Below are positions 8,054 to 16,821 of a stretch of DNA of 64,000 nt, piece after piece. Numbering within the stretch: the first letter of the stretch is position 1; every line of letters starts with the position of its first letter. Both the position numbers and the translations under genes were made by a program. Under the pieces are notes generated by a model. That model was not told the origin of the DNA, ran no database searches, and was given only the letters and a program-made list of their open reading frames with translations. Source of the DNA: a virus. The stretch covers positions 1 through 64,000 of the IMG/VR virus record IMGVR_UViG_3300048691_000182; one strand, 5' to 3'.

Positions 8054-9295
8054 TTAAAAATCTTTACCTATTTCTAGCAAATAACCTTGCGAGTTACTAG
8101 CAAACATTTCAGGTAAGTCTGAATCATTGATAATGTTTAAAAAACTCTCGGGCTGAGTAGCGTTAAGCTTATTACGTTGATAACTATTCTCTACGTTGAC
8201 AGCCCATTGGCCATCTTCAAAAACAGACCAATACTCAGCTGTTCTTCCGTGACCGACAAACATAGGGTAGTTAGGTTCAGTATAAGCAATCATCATACCA
8301 GGTCTTGCTGAACTTCTCAAAGGTATTCTATTTGTAAATAATGATTCAGTGTTTACAATACAGAAAAACGATTGCGGGAGAGTCAGATATTTGGTAAGAG
8401 TCTCGTCTGAATAAAGTTCGCTTAACTTTGTAGCCGAAGGATTTACAGTATTAACAGGTAATCCTAGAGCGGATAAATCTAAGTATTCTTTGGACTCGAA
8501 ATATCTTTCAACAAAAGGTAGCTTCATAATGTCTATTGCAAAAACATCATCACCTGTCTGCCAAAATACACCCGACTCAGGAAATACTAAATAACCACCT
8601 AAAACTAATATGACAGTTTTACCTAGTGTTGGCTGTGCAAGTTTGAGATAAATTCTTTTCTTTAAATTAGAATCAAGAGCTTGTTTGAAAATCATTGATT
8701 CAGTAATTGGTACAGACTCGATTGTCCCAATAGGTAAGAAACTTAAAACTCCTATTTGGTTTTGCTTCGACTGAAGCATAGATTTTGCACCATCTACAAC
8801 GTAAGCTGCCGTTCCGTCGAAATCAGTTTTATGGTAATATCCATTAACAGATACTAAACAGTTGTTGTAAAACACTTCCATGTCAGTAAGTGGATTAGAC
8901 TTGGTTAGTTTCAAACTAGTTCTATCAGCTACTGGTAATATGCTTGAGTCTCCTACTCCTATTTTAACAGGCTCTACTTTATAACCTGTTCTGAATGCAT
9001 CTCTATAAACTGCAAACTTAGGTTTTAAAACAGGTGGAATAGAAACAGTTGTTAAAGCTGTATTACCTAAACTTGTCAATAAGGTTGAGAAACTAGATGG
9101 GAGAGAAGAGTATTCTAATCTTAAAGTTTCAAAATCAATTGTAATATTGTTTTCCAGAAAACTATTACTAAGTGTAATAAACATTTTTCTGTATAGACTG
9201 AATAGTTGATTTACAGGTACGTTAGAAATATCAACAGTGCTCCATCTAGCACCAGCTGATTTCTTCACACCTATAGCTGTAACTAAATTGTACAT
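8054..9295 (-). CDS. Virion structural protein (phiKZ gp143-like)
   Basis: 413 aa; NCLVSVNGYYH and ILVLGGYL motifs; divergent from the gp145-like gene (recalled synteny). Confidence 0.6.
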   Translation of the reverse strand: MYNLVTAIGVKKSAGARWSTVDISNVPVNQLFSLYRKMFITLSNSFLENNITIDFETLRLEYSSLPSSFSTLLTSLGNTALTTVSIPPVLKPKFAVYRDAFRTGYKVEPVKIGVGDSSILPVADRTSLKLTKSNPLTDMEVFYNNCLVSVNGYYHKTDFDGTAAYVVDGAKSMLQSKQNQIGVLSFLPIGTIESVPITESMIFKQALDSNLKKRIYLKLAQPTLGKTVILVLGGYLVFPESGVFWQTGDDVFAIDIMKLPFVERYFESKEYLDLSALGLPVNTVNPSATKLSELYSDETLTKYLTLPQSFFCIVNTESLFTNRIPLRSSARPGMMIAYTEPNYPMFVGHGRTAEYWSVFEDGQWAVNVENSYQRNKLNATQPESFLNIINDSDLPEMFASNSQGYLLEIGKDF

Positions 9296-9338
9296 ATTTT
9301 TATATTTCCAGTATTATAACGTCAGTACAAGGTTAACC

Positions 9339-9348
9339 AAATACTATG
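9339..9348 (+). promoter_or_regulatory. Putative late promoter (AAATACTATG)
   Basis: Same 10-mer as 4581-4590; upstream of the fibre operon. Confidence 0.5.
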
Positions 9349-9459
9349 GTTAAACCTTACATAAACCATTTACATAAAAATGAATGGTTGAGAATTTCAA
9401 AAGTTGTATTTAAAAACACCATACAATTTATATTTCTGTGGTTACAAAGGAGTCTATAG

Positions 9460-12400
9460 ATGCCAACAAGTATAATCTATCCGTTTGACCCCACGGGTAG
9501 AGCCGCAACTAACTTAATTGCGAACGAACAACATGTAGTTACTAATAACAACTACAAAAATTATTATTTTATTGTACCTAACCTAGGACCTTTCTTTGCC
9601 GAATCAATTGTAGTTTCACACAAAGTAAATGGTAACACAGTACTATTAACAGAAAATGTTGATTATTATCCTGTGCTTCCTTTTATTGGTGCTACTCGTT
9701 CTATTGGGATGCCTGTATTTGGTGGCATTAGTTTTACTAACCTTAGCATTTCTGGTATAGTTACAGTAACCTACCAAACACTTGGTGGGGATTGGACTTA
9801 TGATGATGCTACTGTATTAGAATCTATCGCTAACCAAAGTTATAACCCTAGTTTTGCCACTTGGGAACAAGTTACTGGTTTACCAACACAGTTTCCTGTT
9901 GTTAACCATGAGTGGAATTTGGTTGACATGGTTGGGGAGACCGAACTGATAGAAAGCATAGTTTCTTTGGAGCAAGCAATTCTATCAAGACCTGTTGCAG
10001 TAGATGTCCCTACTACCAAAGCATCTATTGGTTTAGGTAATGTTGAGAACTACCCACCAGCTACTGCGTTAGAAGCTATTACTGGTACTTCAACCCAGCG
10101 TGTTATTACACCAGCTACGTTGAAGGCTGTGCTCAATCTTATTGATACGGGTGCTTCTAACTCCGACTTAACAGCTTTGACGCAAGCTATTTCTGCCACG
10201 AGTGACGGCTTAAACGTTACTACCAATGCTTTATCAGCGCACACTGGTAACACCGGTAATCCACATAACACTACCGCAGCCCAGGTGGGGTTAGGTAATG
10301 TAGAGAACATTGGAGTGGTGACAGATGCTGAACTTACAGCAAATACTGCTGTAAGAAAAGTAGTTACTTTTGATCAACTGTTAAAAACATCTACGGGCGC
10401 AGGTCAGTACAAAGTTAATATTGACTTACTGGGTGCGTCACCTTCAAGATTCTATCCAGTTTACTGGTTTGGACAATCTTTAATTAGAGCCGGTGGTGTT
10501 ATTCCTGAAATTACCATTTACAGAAAAACAGACGATACAACTGCGTCGGCTAGTGGTGCTATGTCGCTATCTGTTGAACAAGTTGGTAGTATCTGGGACG
10601 GTTATACCCAGACTTATTCCAAAGTTAAATTCTTTTCACAGACAGGTCCTACTAAGTTTATTAAATGTTTTAAACATGGCATTAAGTCTATTTATAGAAA
10701 CATGAATAAAAATGGTACAGGGCTTGCTAATTACCCAGGTACTGTTTCTGGTACTGTTGATTTAGCTGGTCCTAAGTCTGGACTGTACTTGCGTGGTGGA
10801 TTTCAGTATGAGTTTGTTACTAATAACTTAGTTATTAAGAATTCAGTGGAGTACATTAATAACGACATAGAAAAAGAAATTTACTACGCTGTGCAATCTA
10901 ACTTCGGTTTTGAAGGAGGGTGGTATGCTAGATCTTACAGTGAGAACGATTTATTCTTAGAGAATTTCTACACAAGTATGAGTAGAGATGATGCCTATTT
11001 CTCCTGGAATGGCCAACCATCTGTCTATACATTTGACGCTACAGCTAGCGCTACTTTTACTTGGGCTAGTTCTAATGTGACTATTCTTGGTGGCGCTACC
11101 CCAACGATTACTGGCACCCTCACGCTGTTACCTGGGTCAGCTAATCTTAGAGCTGTAACTACGTTTACAAAGCAGGCTAGTAACGTAGTGGTTACAGTAA
11201 ATACATTATTTACATCCAGTGCAACAGGAACTTATGCACTATCTCTTACTCCAGCATTAAATGCTGCAAGTGGCGATGTGTTTAACTATAGCACCGTGGT
11301 TACACGTGTTGATAACGGCGATACTGTTGTTACTAGCTCTACTGCCGTTGTAAGTGCCGCTTCTCCTGTTCTGAATACCACAGGTACTGCTTCAGTCTAC
11401 CTGAACCAAACAGCTACAGTTACACTGAACGTTGCCAGCTTTACACCCAATACGGCTCTCGCCTTGAAGCTTTTCTTGGTAAATCCTGCCGGTGTTAAGA
11501 GCGCTTGGGTTGATGCAAATAATACCCAATATGTTTCTAACGTTACCACCAATGGTGCCGGTGCAGCCACGACAACTGTTAACTATGTAAATAACGGTGC
11601 TCTTGTTTCTGGTGTGTGGAGTATTGCTTTTGAGATACTAAGTAATGGAACTACTTATACAAGCTCTAACCAGGCTGCTATAACTATTGTTCCTACAAGC
11701 GTAACTGTTAGTGGTACAGGCACAGCTGCAACTGGAACAGCTTTCTCTATTGCATATTCAGTAGCTGGATTCGAACCTAATGTTGGTGTATCTGGAACAC
11801 CTTATCTTGTTAACCCAAGTGGCACGCGTGTAAGTTTTGCTTCCGCCACAGCAGCAACAGGCGTAGTTAACATTACACCTATGGCTAACGGTACTGGGTC
11901 AGGTAATATCACGGGTTCATTATTAACCACGGCAGCAATTGGTACGTGGCGTGTTGGTCTTGATGTGGTGGCAGGTATTCCGGGTGGCACTAAGACTGTT
12001 TCTTCAGTTACTTTGGGCACATTGAACGTTATTGCTGTTAACGCAAGTACTGGTTCTAGCCTAACTGCTAACAGAACAGTTATGACCTCTGGTGAGGCTA
12101 TTACATACACAGGCACATGGGCTGGTTTAACGCAAGGTACTAACTTGTACCGTATTGAATTTGGCACTACGTTGAACAATGCTGCTGTTGTAACAGAATC
12201 TATCGCTGTAACACCTAACGGTAATGGTGCCTTTACTATTAGTAGAGCTGTAACTGTTGGGGCCAATAACACAGCTACCTTGATTTACGCTTACGCTAAA
12301 CTGATTAGAATAAGTGATAATGCAGTGCTTGTTGTGAATGATGCACCTACTGCTGCTATTCTTGCACCAGGACCAACAGGTAGAACTTGGGCTCCTGATA

Positions 12401-13455
12401 ATGCATGGGTTGTCCCTGGCAGCAATACTACGTTTAACGGTGCTGTTACAGGTCTGTTTGGTGCTGGACGTTACACATACCGTATTGAAGAGAGCATGGA
12501 GCCTGGTGGTGGCCAGACTGTTGTTACAACAGGTGCTATCAATCCTGATGCCAATGGTAACTGGAATATTTCTAGAGCAACCACTATTGACAATTCCACA
12601 GCAGGGGATTATTTCCGCTCTAAGTTGATGATTATCCGTGTCTCTGATGGTGCTACTTTAAACGATACTGGATTCCAGACTGTTAATATCAGCTACCCCG
12701 TTCCTACTGTGTCTTTTGTTAAGACAGGAGGAGCTAACCCAGTACAACCTGGACAAGGTCAGAACTACAGAGTTAATATTTCTAATATCCACGGTAGTAA
12801 TAAATACCATATTCGCACGTACTTCACTGTTAACGGTGGTGCTTGGCAGAGTGCTGGTGGCGAGAACATTACAAGTGTTTACACCCACATGGACAGAGGT
12901 TATACTGTACCACTTAATGCTCCATCCGGTACATTTAGAGCTTATGCTGAAGTGGTTAGAAATTCTGACAATGCTGTTGTTGCACCTGTTATGGAAATCG
13001 CTAGCACTATCCAACGTATTCCCACAGTTACGTCGTTTACAAAGGTAGATGACAGTGGTCTTTATGGCGGTACTTATGGAATCGTTTACCTAGATGGTTC
13101 CATGACACCTAATAGATTCCTTGCTTCGGTAACTGGGTTAGAACCAAGTACTTCCTACACAGCAGGCATATATCGCAGAACTGGTAATGCAAATGACGGC
13201 TATGATGGTTTTGCGTATCTTTATGTTACACCTTATACAACTGATGCTAACGGTAACGTTAACTTAAATATTAACAATACTAATGGTGGTTATTACGGGG
13301 ACTTTAGCACCTTTATATTTATAACTAGTGGGTCCACTACACAAGCTCAAATAAATGCTGGTCAGGGCTTTAACGTTATTACTAGACAAGGATTCTTAAA
13401 CGTCACTACCTATTATGAGGCATCGAACGGCGGTGGTGACCATGATTCTCAATAA
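9460..13455 (+). CDS. Large tail fibre protein (phiKZ gp145-like N-terminus) with tandem Ig-like repeats
   Basis: YPFDPTG N-terminus; NPHNTTAAQVGLGNVEN fibre motif; T/S/A/G/V-rich repeated C-terminal 800 aa; RBS AAGGAG. Confidence 0.75.
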   Translation: MPTSIIYPFDPTGRAATNLIANEQHVVTNNNYKNYYFIVPNLGPFFAESIVVSHKVNGNTVLLTENVDYYPVLPFIGATRSIGMPVFGGISFTNLSISGIVTVTYQTLGGDWTYDDATVLESIANQSYNPSFATWEQVTGLPTQFPVVNHEWNLVDMVGETELIESIVSLEQAILSRPVAVDVPTTKASIGLGNVENYPPATALEAITGTSTQRVITPATLKAVLNLIDTGASNSDLTALTQAISATSDGLNVTTNALSAHTGNTGNPHNTTAAQVGLGNVENIGVVTDAELTANTAVRKVVTFDQLLKTSTGAGQYKVNIDLLGASPSRFYPVYWFGQSLIRAGGVIPEITIYRKTDDTTASASGAMSLSVEQVGSIWDGYTQTYSKVKFFSQTGPTKFIKCFKHGIKSIYRNMNKNGTGLANYPGTVSGTVDLAGPKSGLYLRGGFQYEFVTNNLVIKNSVEYINNDIEKEIYYAVQSNFGFEGGWYARSYSENDLFLENFYTSMSRDDAYFSWNGQPSVYTFDATASATFTWASSNVTILGGATPTITGTLTLLPGSANLRAVTTFTKQASNVVVTVNTLFTSSATGTYALSLTPALNAASGDVFNYSTVVTRVDNGDTVVTSSTAVVSAASPVLNTTGTASVYLNQTATVTLNVASFTPNTALALKLFLVNPAGVKSAWVDANNTQYVSNVTTNGAGAATTTVNYVNNGALVSGVWSIAFEILSNGTTYTSSNQAAITIVPTSVTVSGTGTAATGTAFSIAYSVAGFEPNVGVSGTPYLVNPSGTRVSFASATAATGVVNITPMANGTGSGNITGSLLTTAAIGTWRVGLDVVAGIPGGTKTVSSVTLGTLNVIAVNASTGSSLTANRTVMTSGEAITYTGTWAGLTQGTNLYRIEFGTTLNNAAVVTESIAVTPNGNGAFTISRAVTVGANNTATLIYAYAKLIRISDNAVLVVNDAPTAAILAPGPTGRTWAPDNAWVVPGSNTTFNGAVTGLFGAGRYTYRIEESMEPGGGQTVVTTGAINPDANGNWNISRATTIDNSTAGDYFRSKLMIIRVSDGATLNDTGFQTVNISYPVPTVSFVKTGGANPVQPGQGQNYRVNISNIHGSNKYHIRTYFTVNGGAWQSAGGENITSVYTHMDRGYTVPLNAPSGTFRAYAEVVRNSDNAVVAPVMEIASTIQRIPTVTSFTKVDDSGLYGGTYGIVYLDGSMTPNRFLASVTGLEPSTSYTAGIYRRTGNANDGYDGFAYLYVTPYTTDANGNVNLNINNTNGGYYGDFSTFIFITSGSTTQAQINAGQGFNVITRQGFLNVTTYYEASNGGGDHDSQ

Positions 13456-13469
13456 ACAAGGTTAACATA

Positions 13470-13829
13470 ATGAGCACAGCAAATCCTTTAATTAAAATAG
13501 AAAGACTAGACGCCGTTACCAAGGGCGACGTTAAAAGTCTTTTTTATGTTATTGAATACAGTAATCTTTCTGATAAAACTTTATACGAATCCATAGTTTT
13601 ATTAGCTTTTAGTGATAAAAAAACTATTAAGTGGTCTAAGTTTAGATTTAAAGATAGAAATACTTTTATTGCTTCTGATTTTATTGAACCTTTACCAGAA
13701 GCAAGTCAGTATAAAGTACTAATTGAGTTATCTAACAAAGAAACAGGTGAGATTCTTTTAACGGAAGAAAGAATTGTTACTAACGATATTGAAATTTTAA
13801 CGCCTGCGGAGGTTACCAGCAATGCCTAA
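13470..13829 (+). CDS. Hypothetical protein between fibre genes (possible fibre accessory/chaperone)
   Basis: 119 aa, beta-rich; coupled to the next gene by an 8-nt overlap. Confidence 0.5.
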   Translation: MSTANPLIKIERLDAVTKGDVKSLFYVIEYSNLSDKTLYESIVLLAFSDKKTIKWSKFRFKDRNTFIASDFIEPLPEASQYKVLIELSNKETGEILLTEERIVTNDIEILTPAEVTSNA

Positions 13830-15777
13830 TGTTATTCGTTACGGTTTAGACACAACGGGTTTAAACTCTGACAACTTTGTCAGTGGGGAAACCCATGTGT
13901 TAGCTAACTTTCCTCTACGCACCGTAGTACCTACATACGGTGCTTTCTATACTGAATCGGTTAAAGTCTACGATGCTAACGCTAATAGGCTCTTAACCAG
14001 AGGTACGCACTACATCTGCACTGAACTAGCTGTAACTCCTAGTGAGTTGTACGGTAAAGAAATTTGCTACCTTGTTCTTATTACAGATGCCACGGTAAGC
14101 GCTAACGTTCGCTTAGATTACCAGGCTCTTGGTGGTCTTTACGGTGCTAGCACTGAAGCTATTTTGTCTGTTTATAATGCTTTCCTTAATAGCTCTTCAA
14201 ATGCTGCATGGAACAACATTCTAAATAAACCAGCTGAGTTTAACCCCTCAGCTCACCTGCACGACATTGGCGATGTTTATGGTTTTGAGTATGTTGTTAA
14301 TGCACTGGAGCGTATTAAAGAAGCTATTACTATTAGTGCTACTCCTGCTTTCCAAAGAGTACTGGGGTACATAGACGATCAAATATCGTCTATGCAAAAC
14401 ACAGTCACTATAGCTAGTAATGCTTTAAGTGACCATAGTACCGACGCTAGCAATCCTCATCAGACTAACAAAGCTCAAATTGGTTTAGCTAATGTTAGTA
14501 ACTTAAGAACAGCTAGCACTACTGACATCAACAAGGTTATTGCCAATGTAGCTGCTATTACTGACGACGCTTATGTTACTGTGGCTGGTTTATTATTCTT
14601 TAATAAGAATAATACCTCTGCCAGTACTGATAGTTTAGCTGCTGCTAAAGCTTACGCTGATAGTAAAGATAGTCAACAACTAGGTGTTGTTTATCAGTCA
14701 ATCATTGATAATGTTGCAGCTGTAAATAATGCCTGGAGAGCTGGGGATAATACTACTATTGTTAGTGCTAGAAATTATACTGACGGTTTAGTAGCTAGTA
14801 CTAAAACTGATACGGTTAACCTTATACATGCTAAGGGCATCAGATACCCTAACCATAACGGCATTGCTCTACCTGCTGCCACTAACGTTATTCTTTCAGC
14901 TAACATGGGTAAGTGGCACGAAGTGCAATTAGATGGTTCCGTGACCACTTTACCAGCTTTGGCTAGTGTTGACATAGGTGCTACTGTTACAATTACGTGT
15001 TGCATCACTAAAGCAGCTATCCAGACATTTAGCACTACTGAGTTAATTTCTATAGCTGGATCTACATATAGAACTTCTGGTATTCGTTTAGGTGAAACCA
15101 TTACATTTACTTCTAATGGCCAATGGTGGTACATTACTAGTATTGGTAGCCCTAGTTTCATGTTAACACCTGTTAACTCCATTGTCATGTTTGACGGTGA
15201 TGTTGGATTGTTACCAAGTAATTGGGCTGTCTGTGACGGCACCAGAGGTACGCCTAACCTTAGAGATAAGTTTGTTGTTGGTGCTGGTGGTAGATGGCCT
15301 TTGGGAACTACTGGTGGTACTGCTAACGCTGTTAGTGTTAACCACAACCACGCAGCCACTTCTACTTTTATTGGTAATGCTTTAGGTGGACATAGTCACG
15401 GTGTTAATGATCCAACTCACCATCACAACGTGCAGGATAATGGACATGCACACGGCGTTAATGATCCTGGTCATAGTCACGTTATTGAGGCGCCTGTACG
15501 CATAAATGATCAAGATAGAGGTGGTGGCGGATCATTATTTTCGCTAGATAGTTCTCAAAATACTGCGACCAACCACGTTGGTACAGGTATTTCTATTCAG
15601 GGATCTCTAGCTAATATTTCTATTGCAGGTAACCCCACCGGTGTTAGTATTCAAGCAAGTGCTGCTGGTACGCCAACAGGTACAGTGAGTACTTCTATTG
15701 CGCAAGACGGTGTAAGTGGTATTGACCAAAACTTACCACCCTACTACGCGTTGGTTTATATTAAGAGACTTTATTAA
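13822..15777 (+). CDS. Tail fibre protein (phiKZ gp146-like) with tail-collar domain and His-rich tip
   Basis: N-terminus paralogous to 9460 ORF; PVNSIVMF..PSNWAVCDGTRGTPNLRDKFVVGAG collar; five HxH motifs; terminal NLPPYYALVYIKR. Confidence 0.8.
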   Translation: MPNVIRYGLDTTGLNSDNFVSGETHVLANFPLRTVVPTYGAFYTESVKVYDANANRLLTRGTHYICTELAVTPSELYGKEICYLVLITDATVSANVRLDYQALGGLYGASTEAILSVYNAFLNSSSNAAWNNILNKPAEFNPSAHLHDIGDVYGFEYVVNALERIKEAITISATPAFQRVLGYIDDQISSMQNTVTIASNALSDHSTDASNPHQTNKAQIGLANVSNLRTASTTDINKVIANVAAITDDAYVTVAGLLFFNKNNTSASTDSLAAAKAYADSKDSQQLGVVYQSIIDNVAAVNNAWRAGDNTTIVSARNYTDGLVASTKTDTVNLIHAKGIRYPNHNGIALPAATNVILSANMGKWHEVQLDGSVTTLPALASVDIGATVTITCCITKAAIQTFSTTELISIAGSTYRTSGIRLGETITFTSNGQWWYITSIGSPSFMLTPVNSIVMFDGDVGLLPSNWAVCDGTRGTPNLRDKFVVGAGGRWPLGTTGGTANAVSVNHNHAATSTFIGNALGGHSHGVNDPTHHHNVQDNGHAHGVNDPGHSHVIEAPVRINDQDRGGGGSLFSLDSSQNTATNHVGTGISIQGSLANISIAGNPTGVSIQASAAGTPTGTVSTSIAQDGVSGIDQNLPPYYALVYIKRLY

Positions 15778-15785
15778 GTAAACAT

Positions 15786-15830
15786 ATTTCAAACACTCTA
15801 CAGGTTTTTAGTCTGTAGTGTGTTTGAAAT
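15786..15830. terminator. Bidirectional hairpin, 18-bp stem with one mismatch
   Basis: atttcaaacactctacag / ctgtagtgtgtttgaaat between convergent genes. Confidence 0.75.
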
Positions 15831-15838
15831 TATGTATG

Positions 15839-16762
15839 TTAATTTGTATTTGGTGAAGAAATACTAGTAGAAGAAGTTATAGCGCCATTAGCATGTAAGT
15901 TACCTTCCACTACAATGTTCCCGCTCAAAGTAGCCGATGTACCACCACCAGAACCAGTGCCTAAAGTAATTCCATTACTAGCAGCAATTGGACCATCCAC
16001 GTTATTGCTAGTAGCAGATAGAGTATTAATGTTACTTTTAATAGATGTTTCATTACTAGCACTTACCAAAATATCTTTACTGTTTAAACTAATAGAGTCA
16101 GTAGCAGTAAAAACAATATTAGTTTTATCAACATCAACAACAGACCCATCTCCATTTTGCATAGTGAGTCTATTTTCTTTAGAATTTAAAACAAAGAAAT
16201 TATCAGCATCATCGGTAATGACAATCATGCCGTCTTTAGCGTTGATTTGTACATCGTAAGAAAAAGGTTCACCATCTGACTTAGAAGTGTGCAGGTGCAT
16301 AAGTTTCTTATGTGTGCTTACCTCTAGAAAATAAGTACTTGTGGCACTATCTTCAGGACCTTCTTTAGCGTTGTTACTAAAGGCATAAATAACTGTTTCT
16401 AGTCTACGTAACTTAGAGTCATTAAACAAAGTATTCCACCAATACTCATCGGTATCACCAAACTTATAAATAACAACTTTCTCACCCCGTCTAACGTCAG
16501 GTGGGGTTCTTCTATTGCTATTATTAATAGGAAGCCACTTAGCATTCACAGTAACAGTAGATTTAACAGAAGTACTTTTAGCGCTGCCTTCCTTATCCGT
16601 TGTATCAGCTTTGTAGTCTACTTTGTTGTCAGATATTTCACCATCAAGCATGGGGAATTCTTCAACTGGCGTTACCTCGATTTTATCAGAGCTAAGTTTC
16701 TTATTACTAGCTACAATTCCTAAAGAATAAAACTGTAGTTTAGAAATAGATTGTTGGTCCAT
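15839..16762 (-). CDS. Baseplate central spike / tail tip protein (phiKZ gp164-like)
   Basis: NRRTPPDVRRGEKVVIY OB-fold-like N-terminus followed by short beta-repeat C-terminus. Confidence 0.65.
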   Translation of the reverse strand: MDQQSISKLQFYSLGIVASNKKLSSDKIEVTPVEEFPMLDGEISDNKVDYKADTTDKEGSAKSTSVKSTVTVNAKWLPINNSNRRTPPDVRRGEKVVIYKFGDTDEYWWNTLFNDSKLRRLETVIYAFSNNAKEGPEDSATSTYFLEVSTHKKLMHLHTSKSDGEPFSYDVQINAKDGMIVITDDADNFFVLNSKENRLTMQNGDGSVVDVDKTNIVFTATDSISLNSKDILVSASNETSIKSNINTLSATSNNVDGPIAASNGITLGTGSGGGTSATLSGNIVVEGNLHANGAITSSTSISSPNTN

Positions 16763-16821
16763 TGTTAGTCCTTAAAATTATATTGAGCCTCATTATTTAT
16801 TAGGAGGCACTTAGAAGCTTT

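Noticed and set aside
15385-15485. Short direct repeats (cacggtgttaatgatcc / cacggcgttaatgatcc) as a DGR or CRISPR signal
   Set aside because: They are in-frame codons for HGVNDP fibre repeats. No reverse transcriptase or adenine-specific variation is seen.
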